A DNA stretch of 64,000 nt from a virus (lineage: Duplodnaviria; Heunggongvirae; Uroviricota; Caudoviricetes), in IMG/VR virus record IMGVR_UViG_2675903675_000001, positions 1 through 64,000 of that record, one strand, 5' to 3'. The position numbers and the translations under genes are program-made. This document shows, one piece after another, positions 18,538 to 30,293 of the stretch. Within the stretch, counting starts at the first letter, position 1; each line of letters begins with the position of its first letter. Below the pieces are notes generated by a model, which had not been told where the DNA came from, made no database searches, and saw only the letters and a program-made list of their open reading frames with translations.

Positions 18538-19189
18538 GCCTTTTTTTGGTTTAGGTTTAACTGGCGCACAGGGAACTGGAAAAACGACACTTGCCAAGGC
18601 GTTGTCTGATAAAACTGGTATTCCTTATTTTGATGCAAATGTACGTGGGATCGTTAAAAAGCATGGATTTAATTTAAGAGAGCCTATGAGCACTCTTGAC
18701 CGTTTTAAAATGCAAACGTTGATTGCAAAGGAGCTGTTCGAGGGCTACCCCGATGAGAACTTTATTACGGACAGAACACCCGTTGATGTTGTTGCTTACA
18801 CAATGGCATACGTTCCGCCTGATTTAGTCCAAGGATCTGAGCTTGAGAAAGAAATCTCATGTTTGATGATAGATCTCATTACCGAAGCTCGAATAACGCT
18901 GGCTAAAAAATTTACGCATGTTGTTTTGGTTCGAGGCGGAATTTCGCTAAACGAAGAAGATGCTTCTCGTGAGGACCGAGCACCGATGGATTTTAGCTAT
19001 AGACTGAAAATTGAAAGTCTGATGGAAGGTGAGATTTTTCGTTTCTCTAATTTTGATTGTATGTCAGATATCCAATTTCTCTGTATGCCTAGAGAAATGA
19101 CTGCTTTGGAACGACGGGTAAATGCTCTTTTCCAAACATACAAACAGTCATTTGATATCGATGGCTTGAAAGAAAACACCTTCCACTAA
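18530..19189 (+). CDS. P-loop (d)NMP/nucleoside kinase-like protein
   Basis: ATG 18530 with GGAA RBS, overlapping the DHFR stop; Walker A 'GLTGAQGTGKTTLAKAL' at the N-terminus as in dNMP/thymidylate-kinase-like NTPases. Confidence 0.5.
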   Translation: MNKPFFGLGLTGAQGTGKTTLAKALSDKTGIPYFDANVRGIVKKHGFNLREPMSTLDRFKMQTLIAKELFEGYPDENFITDRTPVDVVAYTMAYVPPDLVQGSELEKEISCLMIDLITEARITLAKKFTHVVLVRGGISLNEEDASREDRAPMDFSYRLKIESLMEGEIFRFSNFDCMSDIQFLCMPREMTALERRVNALFQTYKQSFDIDGLKENTFH

Positions 19190-19198
19190 TACTTTAAT

Positions 19199-19236
19199 GC
19201 CTGTGTGGTTGATTTAATCTTTATCAACCACACAGC
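19199..19236. other. inverted repeat ctgtgtggttga...tcaaccacacag (12-bp arms)
   Basis: Perfect 12-bp inverted repeat with an 11-nt loop; arm sequence shared with 11757-11790. Confidence 0.6.
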
Positions 19237-19249
19237 GGAGATTTAAAAA

Positions 19250-19705
19250 ATGTCAGATATGGTTAATTATGATGATCACGAAGACACTGGTCTTATTGAT
19301 TTACGCGAAGAGATAGACCGCAAAACTTTGATCGCAATTGAGAAAATTGTAGAGAACTTAGAAAAGCGAATTTACACTCGCCGAGAAGCGGTTGTTGCAA
19401 TCAATGCGGTGTTTGATTCAGTTCAGGGCTTGGTTGGTGTTGAAGTTGGCGAAACGTTGAATGAAGTTCTGACGGGAATTCAAAAATCAGACAAGGAAGA
19501 TATGTTCCCCATGGTGTTTACTCACAAAGGGGTTGTTGTTATTTTAAACTTAGACTTGTTTAATTTAAGTGTCACAACGTCAATGATAACAGCCACAGGT
19601 AAGAAGATAGATAGTGTTGATCATGGCGAAAACGAACCTGAAACACTTAAAATAGCGGTCACAAAAGCCATGACAATCAAGAAAAACGGGGCTATTAAAT
19701 TATGA
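19250..19705 (+). CDS. hypothetical protein (151 aa)
   Basis: ORF with RBS 'gcggagatttaaaaaATG'; translationally coupled to the downstream exonuclease. Confidence 0.5.
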   Translation: MSDMVNYDDHEDTGLIDLREEIDRKTLIAIEKIVENLEKRIYTRREAVVAINAVFDSVQGLVGVEVGETLNEVLTGIQKSDKEDMFPMVFTHKGVVVILNLDLFNLSVTTSMITATGKKIDSVDHGENEPETLKIAVTKAMTIKKNGAIKL

Positions 19706-20259
19706 GAATTGCCGTTGGTGTTGACCTTGAATCGACAGGTTTAGACTACCAGAAAGACGGTCATCGTATAATTGAAATAGCACTTTGCGCTCGTGACTTA
19801 GATACCGGAAAAACGGTAAAAGATTTGGCGCTTCGATTCAACCCTCGTCGTGAGATATCAGCTAAAGCGTATGATGTTCACGGTATTAAGTTATCGGATT
19901 TAGTAGCTGAACCCTTGTTCGCTGATAAATGCGCTATGATAGCGTCGATACTCAACAACGCAGCCGTCATTGTCGCTCATAATGGCTTAGGGTTTGATAA
20001 GCCGTTTCTTGAGTATGAAATGGGATTGAGTGGCGTAAGTTTAAGGCAGGATCTAGTTTGGTTAGATACAATGCTTCATGGGTTATGGGCGACTCAAGAC
20101 GGCAAAAGACCAAGCCTCCGTGAGTTGGCTTTTTCTTTGGGTTTTGAGTATGACGAAGAAAAGGCGCATGGCGCTTTGTATGATGCCCAACTTATGATGG
20201 ATTGTTTTTTTACAGCTCGTGAAAAATACAATCTATTTAAGCTCCCTGATGAAGAGTGA
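19702..20259 (+). CDS. DnaQ-like DEDDh 3'-5' exonuclease
   Basis: Exo I 'VGVDLESTG', Exo II 'VAHNGLGFDKPFL', Exo III 'HGALYDAQLM'. Confidence 0.8.
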   Translation: MRIAVGVDLESTGLDYQKDGHRIIEIALCARDLDTGKTVKDLALRFNPRREISAKAYDVHGIKLSDLVAEPLFADKCAMIASILNNAAVIVAHNGLGFDKPFLEYEMGLSGVSLRQDLVWLDTMLHGLWATQDGKRPSLRELAFSLGFEYDEEKAHGALYDAQLMMDCFFTAREKYNLFKLPDEE

Positions 20260-20271
20260 TATTGAAATTTA

Positions 20272-20302
20272 GGGCTGGCTAATGTCAGCCTTTTCTTTTT
20301 TC
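20272..20302 (+). terminator. rho-independent terminator
   Basis: ggctg-gctaatgt-cagcc followed by ttttctttttt. Confidence 0.65.
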
Positions 20303-20397
20303 CCAAAGCCTACCCATTCCACTTCCTCGCCTTGTTAAACACATCATAATAAACGCATCAAACAAAATGTTAACGAACAAGCAAAAGGAAAAAGAAA

Positions 20398-21171
20398 ATG
20401 TCTATGATCACAACTGAGGGTTCAAAAATCGATTCTTTAGAAGCTATGTTGGCGGCGCTAGATACTAATTCTGAAACGGTTGAAGTGGGTGGATCTGATT
20501 TGGCTGGTTTCAGTGAGTTGGAGAAAATGGCGGCTGAGTTAAACCAGCTAGAAGGCGTTTCTCTTGAACCTGCTAAGAAAGGCAGTGTGAAGGGAATAAC
20601 AATTGTAGAGGAGGTTATCGAGGAAATGGATCTAGAATCCGTCTTGATGGAACTAACTGAAAAGATTGACCCTAGTGTTGGCTCAACTTCCCCGGAGTTA
20701 CCGGAAATTAAAGAGGAAGTTGGGGTCGAAGCTGCGGAAATCACCAAGCCAAAAAAAGAAAAGGCTTCTAGACCTCGCTTTCAGCTATCAGATCTCAGTG
20801 AAGAAGATTGTTCTAAAATCGGCTTATCGAAAGAAGTTATGTTAACTTCGGTTGATAGCTGTCCGGTAAAAGCCAAAGACAAGGCTCTTAATCTCGCTCA
20901 ATGGGCGCTGCGAGGTAGCGAATTGTCGATTTACACAAAATTAGGTTTAGAGTGCATTGTCAAAAACGGCTCTGCAACATCGGAATCGTTTAGAATTTAC
21001 ATGATGAGCAATCCATCAAAGCCCTATCCCACGGGTACGGCTGGAACACAAGCAGGTCAACTTATGGCGGTTTTTCCAGCTTTGGGGATCGCAACTAGAG
21101 AAGGACGTGAGTTAACCCTAAACAAAGAAAGTCCATTGGTTAAATTGTTTATCTCTCAATTGGGAGGGTAG
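20398..21171 (+). CDS. acidic hypothetical protein (257 aa)
   Basis: Strong RBS 'aaggaaaaagaaaATG'; N-terminal half highly acidic and helical; C-terminal half Cys-containing. Confidence 0.55.
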   Translation: MSMITTEGSKIDSLEAMLAALDTNSETVEVGGSDLAGFSELEKMAAELNQLEGVSLEPAKKGSVKGITIVEEVIEEMDLESVLMELTEKIDPSVGSTSPELPEIKEEVGVEAAEITKPKKEKASRPRFQLSDLSEEDCSKIGLSKEVMLTSVDSCPVKAKDKALNLAQWALRGSELSIYTKLGLECIVKNGSATSESFRIYMMSNPSKPYPTGTAGTQAGQLMAVFPALGIATREGRELTLNKESPLVKLFISQLGG

Positions 21172-21336
21172 CTGTAATCGATTAAGGGAGCGTTTAGTTG
21201 GTTAGCTATATGTTTCCTTGGGTTTTCCAATTAATCCTCTTAAAATCGCGTACAAGCTCAATTTATACCAATAAACACTTGAAGATCGATCCGCATTCTA
21301 TAGAATTGCTTATTTGTAATAGGTATATAGTTACTT

Positions 21337-21945
21337 ATGGTAAATAATAAAACAAGCGTTTCTTTAAAAAGAGACAAATCATTAAAAGATCTGTGGAGAA
21401 CGCCTAAATGGTTAGTTCAAGCGATTCAAACCGTATTATCGATTGAGTTCGAGGTTGATGTTGCTTGTAACAAACAAAACGCGCTTTTTGCTAATTACAT
21501 AGGCGTTGAAAAAGATGCTTTGACCTGTAGTTGGGGTTCACCAGGCACAAAGGCATTTTTGAACCCACCTTACTCTAACATTACGCCTTGGGTATATGCC
21601 GCAATTAGAGAGCAGTCTCGCGGCGTAACAACGGTCATGCTTATTCCGCAATCTATCGATACTAAGTGGTATTTGCTTGCTAGAGATTACGCAAATGAGG
21701 TCTTGCTTATTATCGGTGGGAGAATTGCGTTTCTTGAGCCAGATGTTGCCATGGGGTTTAAAGAAAATCGAAAAAATACAGGCGGAAGTATGTTAGTCGT
21801 TTTCCGTGGTTATTCTGATAAAGCAGGTTGCGTTATTCGAGAGGTCCCTATCTCAACGATGAAAGATATCGGTGGTTATATTCCGCCAGTGAGCGCCAAA
21901 GGAGCACCTAAAAAGAAACCCAAAAAATTGTGTACCGCAGCATAG
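21337..21945 (+). CDS. dam: phage-type DNA N6-adenine methyltransferase (Dam family)
   Basis: 'DLWRTPKWLVQAI', 'FEVDVACN...ALF', 'AFLNPPYSNITPWV' are the diagnostic blocks of the small phage Dam family (NPPY catalytic motif). Confidence 0.8.
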   Translation: MVNNKTSVSLKRDKSLKDLWRTPKWLVQAIQTVLSIEFEVDVACNKQNALFANYIGVEKDALTCSWGSPGTKAFLNPPYSNITPWVYAAIREQSRGVTTVMLIPQSIDTKWYLLARDYANEVLLIIGGRIAFLEPDVAMGFKENRKNTGGSMLVVFRGYSDKAGCVIREVPISTMKDIGGYIPPVSAKGAPKKKPKKLCTAA

Positions 21946-21954
21946 TTTTATTAA

Positions 21955-22032
21955 CCTAGCTCCCATAAGTATTTAATAGATTTTAATAGAAGTAACTTAA
22001 TAAGAAATTATATAAATACTATGGGAGCTAGG
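21955..22032. promoter_or_regulatory. 78-bp near-perfect inverted repeat built from two copies of the CCTAGCTCCCATAAGTATTT element
   Basis: Left arm 21955-21974 and right arm 22014-22032 are reverse complements (1 indel) around an AT-rich 39-nt centre; the same element recurs at 37035, 47313 and 63842. Confidence 0.75.
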
Positions 22033-22052
22033 CATTGAAATAACACTGCGGA

Positions 22053-22304
22053 ATGAAATTAAACAGTGGAGATTTAACAATGACAACCCCCGTTAATGTC
22101 GTAGCATTCGTGGAAACTGAATTTACTGAAATGGTAAGACGGCGGCTTGAAAGTAAAGATCAATCTTTTGAACTCGCGGAGTGGGCTTTTCGTTGTATTG
22201 AAGCAAGCGAACACAAAGATAACATGCGGCAGATGGTCGGTGTGTTGATCAATGAGGTGTTTGCTCAACGAAAAATAATTGCAAGTATGGAACTTGATCG
22301 GTAA
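22053..22304 (+). CDS. hypothetical protein (83 aa; the start may instead be ATG 22080)
   Basis: ORF immediately downstream of the conserved 'cactgcggaa' element, which also precedes terS; acidic. Confidence 0.45.
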   Translation: MKLNSGDLTMTTPVNVVAFVETEFTEMVRRRLESKDQSFELAEWAFRCIEASEHKDNMRQMVGVLINEVFAQRKIIASMELDR

Positions 22305-22315
22305 CGGTTCTTTTG

Positions 22316-22346
22316 GGGCGTAGAATTGACTCTACGCTTTTATTTT
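22316..22346 (+). terminator. rho-independent terminator
   Basis: ggcgtaga-attgac-tctacgc followed by ttttatttt. Confidence 0.7.
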
Positions 22347-22415
22347 CAAACAATAAGTACAAGATAAATATTGTAGTAAAAATGTCATAGAGAGCTTTTG
22401 GTTGACGAGGTGTTT

Positions 22416-22757
22416 ATGCGAATACATTTAAGTAAATTTGACGGTGAAAGATTGAGATTTGTTGGAGTGGTTACTCGACATGGCAGTAAGAAAAAAGGTT
22501 ACAAAGATTTGACATTACCAACTCTACTGCTTTCACCTGTAGAAACATTGTCAGGCGAATTTGTTGCCGATCATCTTTGGATGAATGTTACTAAACATCT
22601 ACAAGATGCTAGGGTTGGAGATACGGTTGAATTTGATGCTAGGGTTGGCATGTACGAAAAAGGATATAAAGGTAAAAAGAATGGGATCAATAAGCCAATT
22701 AGCAAAGATTATCGCCTCGAAAGACCTACCAAGATAGTTTTGCGTAAAAAAATATAA
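22416..22757 (+). CDS. hypothetical protein (113 aa)
   Basis: ATG 22416 with GAGGTG RBS; Lys-rich. Confidence 0.45.
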   Translation: MRIHLSKFDGERLRFVGVVTRHGSKKKGYKDLTLPTLLLSPVETLSGEFVADHLWMNVTKHLQDARVGDTVEFDARVGMYEKGYKGKKNGINKPISKDYRLERPTKIVLRKKI

Positions 22758-23728
22758 CTGATTAACTTTGTTATTTTTATTTCAAACTGGGTCGAAGATT
22801 TTGATCCGGTTTTTGCTTTGAAGAATTTTAGGCAAAATTATCTTATTGACCTTGGGTGGCATAGTATCGTGGAGGACACTAGGGCATTAATCTTTTCATT
22901 ACCTATTTATTTATAATCATTAAAATAAGATGAAAAGAAACCACAAAATCATAATAAAATTCAAGACACGGTATGCAGAACCTTATTTGGGAAAGGTCAA
23001 CCCGGCATCCAAGCGGCTTTTACGACATTGTTCGTAATGTGCGGTATTGTTTACACATCAGCCTTACTAGCTTGGGTAGTTATCGCATCGTACACGGTAC
23101 GGTTGAAAAAATTGCCACCATCACCTGCTTTATCCTCGGTCGAAAGTTATCGCCTTGAAAGTTTCCGCAATTGTCACTGATCTTATGCACTGTTTGTTTG
23201 TTTTCAGGGGAGGAGGTGCAAATACCTAACCATCGTTGCCATTTACTGAATAATATGCGGTATTTATGCAGTTATTGGGCGACTATCAGCCTTAGCATGA
23301 TAAACTTATTAATGCATTTACTCAATAAGTAAATACATACATAAAGCCATGTGTAAATATACGCTAAAGCCTTTCTGGCTAAGCTATAAGTAAAGGTTCT
23401 TACTTGTGGGGTTTTATGATTTAAAATTAATTTATTAAATATAGGTCAATAAAAGTAATCAAATACCTATTGCATTTAATTGTTTTGTGTTGCATATTGT
23501 CATTGTCATGGGATGACGCATATCGGCTAGCGCTGAGATTACTCAGGATGAGTGAACAGGGTTGTAGAGTCTGGAGATGTTTCCCGACTCTCGCCCGACC
23601 TGCCACGAGACAGGCTTACATTAAACCATTGCTTACTCCTGAAAACCCCACTCGCCACGGCAGGTTTTCATTTTCATAGGCAAAAACATTGAGTGAAGAC
23701 ACGAGAGATTTAAAACCCCCGATTGATA

Positions 23729-26700
23729 TCAGATTTTTCCACCGACACCTTTGAACTTTTCAATAAAATTGACGAACTTCTGGTATACCGTCTGTTTCTT
23801 GGTTTTGTATTGAGGGTTCAGTGGACTGAGTTTAGGTAATGTATCATTCAGTGCTGTGCCGTTTTCCGTGGCATATTCACGCTTGAGGGCATTTCTGATG
23901 TAGCGTCTGGTGGCGTCTTCATTCAGATTTTCCTCTTTTATTAAGGCGTCAGCCTCACGCAACTGAGCTTCTTGAGCGAACGTGTAGAATGCTTCAATAA
24001 TTCCTTCTCTATTCGTCATATCATCGAGGTTGGTCTGTTCGATAAAATCAACCATCAGCCCCTCCTTGGCTCTATTGCCGAGACTAGCACGAATCAACCG
24101 TTTCACTTCCTCTTTCACGGTGGCTTTGTCGGTATTTTTTTTGTGGTAGTCGTAAATTAGCCCCAGAATATAGTCGAGGTTAATCTCCTGAGACTTCAGC
24201 AAATCTATTTCAAAGACCACATCATCCCAGTCAACGTTCGTGCTATCCTTTTCATTGGCAGAGCGCTCACGGCGTTGCCAGTCACGAATATCGTTGTAGC
24301 TTGAGCGGTAGTCCTGAATTTTTCGCTCAGCCGGTAATCGTATGATTTGAAGTTCAGCAAATTTCTCATCATCCAGATAATGCTCGTTTTTAAATGCTTC
24401 CACAGCAACCGGATCGCTAAGATTAACGGTTTGCAGGGCTTTCAGTGAGGTAAATTCATCATAGTTTTGTAGGATACTCTCTGCTCGCAAGTACTCACCA
24501 AACAGTTTAACAAAGGCTTTCTTCTCTTTCTCCGATTCAATATCTGCTGGGTTCGGAAAGCGCGTTTCTAGCTCGGTGACGATATTCATAAAACCACGGC
24601 GAGCCTCACCCGTTACCGCATCTGTAAAACCTTCCATGTACTCTGTGTAACTTTTTTCCATCACCACACTTTTAGTATTACTTTTTCCAAACAGGGTGAT
24701 GGCATCAATGGTTGCCTGCTCTAAATCGCGGAAGGTGACAATGTTACCGAAAGTTTTCGTCGCATTGTAAATCCGGTTAGTCCGGGAAAATGCCTGCATC
24801 AATCCGTGATAACGCAGGTTTTTATCCACAAACAAGGTGTTAAGCGTCGGAGCATCAAAACCGGTCAGGAACATACCAACCACAATCAGCAGGTCAACCT
24901 CCTGCCCTTTAACCCGTTTTGCAAGGTCACGGTAGTAGTTTTGAAAGCTATTTCCGTCGGTACTGAAGTTGGTTTTAAAGCTGGCATTATAGTCGCCAAT
25001 CGCTGATTCCAGAAACTCTCGGGCGCTGCTGTTCATTGCCGTGACATCAAAGCTCTCATCATTAATATCCCCGACCGCGTCCTGCTCTTCATTGGCGGCA
25101 AAAGAGAAGATGGTGGCAACGGTCAGGGGCTTGTAGCTGCTATCTTGTTCAATGGCAGCCTGCTGGATGTGTTTAAACGCTTCGTAGTAAGCTTTTGCGG
25201 CATCAACACTGCTGACGGCAAACATGGCATTGAAGCCCGTTGCACCCGGGAAAGCGCGGTGTGTTTTTTTTCGAAAGTTTTTTAGAATGTAGTGGGTGAC
25301 TTCACTAATTCGCATGGGGTGCAGCAGAGCGTGCTTGTTTTCAGCAGCAGTGAGTTTTTTCTCATCCGTCTCAGTTTCTATTTCTTTAAATTGCGGGCGA
25401 ACATCATTGTAATCCACCTTAAACTTCAGCACTTTCTCATCACTAATGGCATCGGTGATAATGTAGGAATGCAGTTCTGCACCAAAAACGCTGGCAGTAT
25501 CTTCTGCACCTAAGGCATTTTTACCCGCAAAAATCGGCGTCCCCGTAAATCCGAACTGATAGAAACGTTTGAATTTCTTTTTCAGGTTCTTCTGAGCTTC
25601 ACCAAACTGACTGCGGTGACACTCATCGAAAATAAAAACAACTTGTTGCTGATATACCGGTAAATCAGCTTCTGCTTTTATCAGGTTGTTCAGTTTTTGA
25701 ATAGTAGTGACAATAATTTTGTTATCATCTTTTTCTAAATTACGTTTCAGCCCTGCCGTGCTATCAGAGCCATTCACGCTATCAGGGGAAAAGCGCTGAT
25801 ACTCTTTCATGGTCTGGTAATCGAGGTCTTTACGGTCAACCACGAAGAACACTTTATCTATGAAATCCAGTTCGGTCGCCAATCGTGCCGCTTTAAAGCT
25901 GGTCAGAGTCTTTCCTGAACCTGTGGTGTGCCAAATAAAGCCACCACTTTCTTTGCTGCTCCAGTTTTTGGCGTGGTAGGTACTGTTAATTTTCCACAAA
26001 ATACGCTCAGTAGCGGCTATCTGGTAAGGACGCATAATCAGCAGGTTATTACTGATATCAAAGACAGAATAATTGAACAAAATGTTCAGTAGAGTATTTT
26101 TTTGGAAGAATGTCGCCGTGAAATCTTTTAGGTCTTTAATTAGCGTATTGTCAGACCTAGCCCAATTCATGGTGAAATCAAAACTGTTCTTATCCCGTTT
26201 TGTGGTATTAGCAAAGTAACGGGTATCTGTGCCGTTTGAAATGATGAACACTTGCAGATATTTAAACAGAGAATTGTCGGTGTTGAAACTCTCTTTACTG
26301 TAGCGATGTATCTGGTTAAAGGCTTCTTTAATCGCGACACCACGTTTTTTAAGCTCAATTTGCACCAAGGGTAAACCGTTAACTAAGATAGTGACATCAT
26401 AACGATTAGCGTGGGTGCCCGTTTGTTCAAATTGCTGAATGACCTGCACTTTGTTACGAAGAAGATTTTTCTTATCAACAAGGTAGATATTTTCTAATCG
26501 TCCATCATCAAAAGTGAAGTCGCAGATATAATCGATATGAATTTTTCGGGTCTTATCAACAATTGAATCGCTTGGGTTATCCAAATACTGCTCAGTAAAA
26601 CGCCGCCATTCACTTTCAGTAAAAAACACTTTATTCAACGTTTGAAGCTGTGCACGTACGTTTGCTAGCATCGTGGATTGTGATGTTATATCAGGGACAA

Positions 26701-26851
26701 ACTCATACCCTTGATTACGTAAATCCTGAATCAGTTCGCATTCTAAATCTGCTTCACTTTGATAGCGGTCATTCTCATCCCACTCAGTCACGTATTTATC
26801 CAGCACAATAAAGTTATTGGATTCGGCAATGGTTTTTATTTGCTGCGTCAT
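23729..26851 (-). CDS. hsdR: Type I restriction enzyme, restriction subunit HsdR
   Basis: 1040 aa; SF2 helicase motifs '[12 protein letters not shown]' (I), '[10 protein letters not shown]' (II, DEAH-type), 'FGFTGTP' (III); size and order typical of HsdR. Confidence 0.9.
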   Translation of the reverse strand: MTQQIKTIAESNNFIVLDKYVTEWDENDRYQSEADLECELIQDLRNQGYEFVPDITSQSTMLANVRAQLQTLNKVFFTESEWRRFTEQYLDNPSDSIVDKTRKIHIDYICDFTFDDGRLENIYLVDKKNLLRNKVQVIQQFEQTGTHANRYDVTILVNGLPLVQIELKKRGVAIKEAFNQIHRYSKESFNTDNSLFKYLQVFIISNGTDTRYFANTTKRDKNSFDFTMNWARSDNTLIKDLKDFTATFFQKNTLLNILFNYSVFDISNNLLIMRPYQIAATERILWKINSTYHAKNWSSKESGGFIWHTTGSGKTLTSFKAARLATELDFIDKVFFVVDRKDLDYQTMKEYQRFSPDSVNGSDSTAGLKRNLEKDDNKIIVTTIQKLNNLIKAEADLPVYQQQVVFIFDECHRSQFGEAQKNLKKKFKRFYQFGFTGTPIFAGKNALGAEDTASVFGAELHSYIITDAISDEKVLKFKVDYNDVRPQFKEIETETDEKKLTAAENKHALLHPMRISEVTHYILKNFRKKTHRAFPGATGFNAMFAVSSVDAAKAYYEAFKHIQQAAIEQDSSYKPLTVATIFSFAANEEQDAVGDINDESFDVTAMNSSAREFLESAIGDYNASFKTNFSTDGNSFQNYYRDLAKRVKGQEVDLLIVVGMFLTGFDAPTLNTLFVDKNLRYHGLMQAFSRTNRIYNATKTFGNIVTFRDLEQATIDAITLFGKSNTKSVVMEKSYTEYMEGFTDAVTGEARRGFMNIVTELETRFPNPADIESEKEKKAFVKLFGEYLRAESILQNYDEFTSLKALQTVNLSDPVAVEAFKNEHYLDDEKFAELQIIRLPAERKIQDYRSSYNDIRDWQRRERSANEKDSTNVDWDDVVFEIDLLKSQEINLDYILGLIYDYHKKNTDKATVKEEVKRLIRASLGNRAKEGLMVDFIEQTNLDDMTNREGIIEAFYTFAQEAQLREADALIKEENLNEDATRRYIRNALKREYATENGTALNDTLPKLSPLNPQYKTKKQTVYQKFVNFIEKFKGVGGKI

Positions 26852-26929
26852 ACGGCTCCCTGCTTTTTCATTCTGTTGTGCTGAATGCCGGTAAAACCGG
26901 CATAACAGACGTTATCAGGCGGTCATGTG

Positions 26930-28140
<1,211 letters not shown>

Positions 28141-28144
<4 letters not shown>

Positions 28145-29697
28145 ACCTGCACCTCGCTGCTTTCAATTTCTGCCACTATCGCATCGATATCTGTACGTAG
28201 CTGGTCAATTCTGGCAACTGTCTTTTTCAACTCAGCATTCAGTTCAGTAATGTTAACGATTTCGCGGGTGTCTTCGGCTACCACATAGCTACTGACTGAC
28301 AGGTTATAGTCATTGGCAGCTACAGCTTCAGACGTGACAGATTTTGCTAGATAGTCTGTATCTTCTTTGCTGTCGAAGACCTGCATGATTTGTGCGATTT
28401 GTTCATCCGTCAGGACGTTGTTATTGGTCTCTTTTTTGAATAAGCCGCTGGCATCAATAAACTGCACGTTCGTATCTGTTTTATGCTTTGACAGCACCAG
28501 AATATTCACGGCAATGGTTGTTCCGAAGAACAGGTTAGGCGCTAAAGAAATCACCGTTTCAACATAGTTATTATCAACCAAATATTGCCGAATTTTTTGC
28601 TCTGCACCACCACGGTAGAAAATCCCCGGAAAACAGACTATTGCCGCACGTCCCTTGGATGACAGATAATTTAGTGCATGGAGGACAAACGCAAAATCCG
28701 CTTTTGATTTTGGTGCCAACACCCCCGCTGGGGCGAAGCGATCATCATTAATCAGTGTCGGGTCATCACTGCCAATCCATTTCACCGAATAAGGTGGATT
28801 AGACACAATCGCATCAAACGGCTTGTCATCCTTAAATTCAGGTGCAAGTAAGGTGTTGCCCAGTTTAATGTTGAATTTATCGTAGTTGATGTTGTGCAGG
28901 AACATGTTCATACGCGCAAGGTTAAAGGTCGTATGATTAATCTCCTGACCAAAGAAGCCGTCTTCGATGATGTGATTATCAAAGTGTTTTTTCGCCTGAA
29001 GCAGCAGTGAACCGGAACCACAGGCAGGGTCATAGATTTTATTCACGTGAGTCTGACCGTGCATAGCCAACTGAGCAATCAGTTTTGACACATGCTGAGG
29101 TGTAAAGAACTCACCGCCTGACTTACCGGCATTGGCTGCATAATTAGAAATCAGAAACTCATACGCATCGCCGAACAGGTCTATTTGATGCTCGATAAAG
29201 TTACCGAGCTTTAATCCCTCCACGCCTTTCAGCACAGCGGCAAGCCGGATGTTTTTATCTTTGACGGTGCTTCCCAGTCGATTACTGGTGGTATCAAAAT
29301 CGGCGAACAAGCCTTTGATATCCGGTTCAGATGGGAAGCCAGACGCAGAGCTTTCAATTGCCACAAAAATACTGTTTAAATCTGCGTTTAGTCGGTCATT
29401 GGTGTTCGCTTTAGCCGCCACATTGCAAAACAGTTGACTCGGATAAATAAAATACCCTTTCGTTCTGACAGCATCTTCTTTGATATCGTTAGTGATTATA
29501 CTGTCATCAAGCGCCGCATACCGGATACTGTCATCACCGGCTTCAATGTAATTAGCGAAGTTTTCACTGATAAATCGGTAAAACAGCGCCCCAAGAACAT
29601 ATTGCTTAAAGTCCCATCCATCCACTGAACCTCGGACATCGTTAGCTATTGCCCATATCTGGCGGTGTAGTTCTGCTCGCTGTTGTAAACTTGTCAT
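28141..29697 (-). CDS. hsdM: Type I restriction-modification N6-adenine DNA methyltransferase HsdM
   Basis: 518 aa; motif I '[12 protein letters not shown]', motif IV 'NPPYSVKW'; N-terminal HsdM_N-like helical domain. Confidence 0.9.
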
Positions 29698-30293
29698 AAT
29701 TCATCCTGTTAAAAACTGATCATGCATTCTTGCTAATCACACTTAAAAGCAATAGTCATTCTGAGGTTAATATTGTTTTTTTGAAAATTATACTCTAACT
29801 ACTACTTTTTAGCGAAAACTGGGATTTTCAATTAGAAGACTCATTAGCGCATAAATACTTCGGGATTGAAGTCATTAAGCGTGTTAAAGATCCCTCTGCT
29901 GTGTCTACAATGTTTAATGTCAATAATTCGTTTATTTATGGCAAAGAATGCGGGGATATTGTTTATGATATTTAAACCTGAAACATACGTTCACTCAAAA
30001 GGCTTTGGAGCCTAATTTATGAAGCAGCATGGCGTGTCGGTTGGAGAGCATTAAAAACGATTTGCTGGCTGGTGCTATGGCACGGTTTCTACCTAACTAG
30101 GTATTTGCTGTTGCTCAATATATTGCCTGATGATGGATATTGGCGCTCCGCCGCGTTAGCTTGTTGAGAGATGGTGCAGCCAGACCGAGGAACCCACTGA
30201 GGTGAATCAGACTTCTGTCTGAGTGCTATAGGAATCCTCGTCCTTTAGGACGAGGAGGATGTCAAAGGGTCTGTAGTATTTGATTATTAATAA

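Noticed and set aside
20370-20747. 125-aa minus-strand ORF opposite the acidic protein gene
   Set aside because: Antisense to a gene that has a strong RBS; Ser/Ile-rich low-complexity translation.
22760-23728. Integrase/attP or tRNA gene at the island boundary
   Set aside because: No tyrosine or serine recombinase ORF was found. I saw no tRNA-like T-loop (GGTTCGAnTCC) or cloverleaf here or in the other noncoding tracts by eye, though a formal tRNA scan was not possible.
23972-26358. Several 60-73-aa ORFs inside or antisense to hsdR (23972-24160, 24205-24408, 24806-25006, 25292-25513, 26167-26358)
   Set aside because: They are fully embedded in a long well-supported gene and have no RBS; typical overprinting noise.
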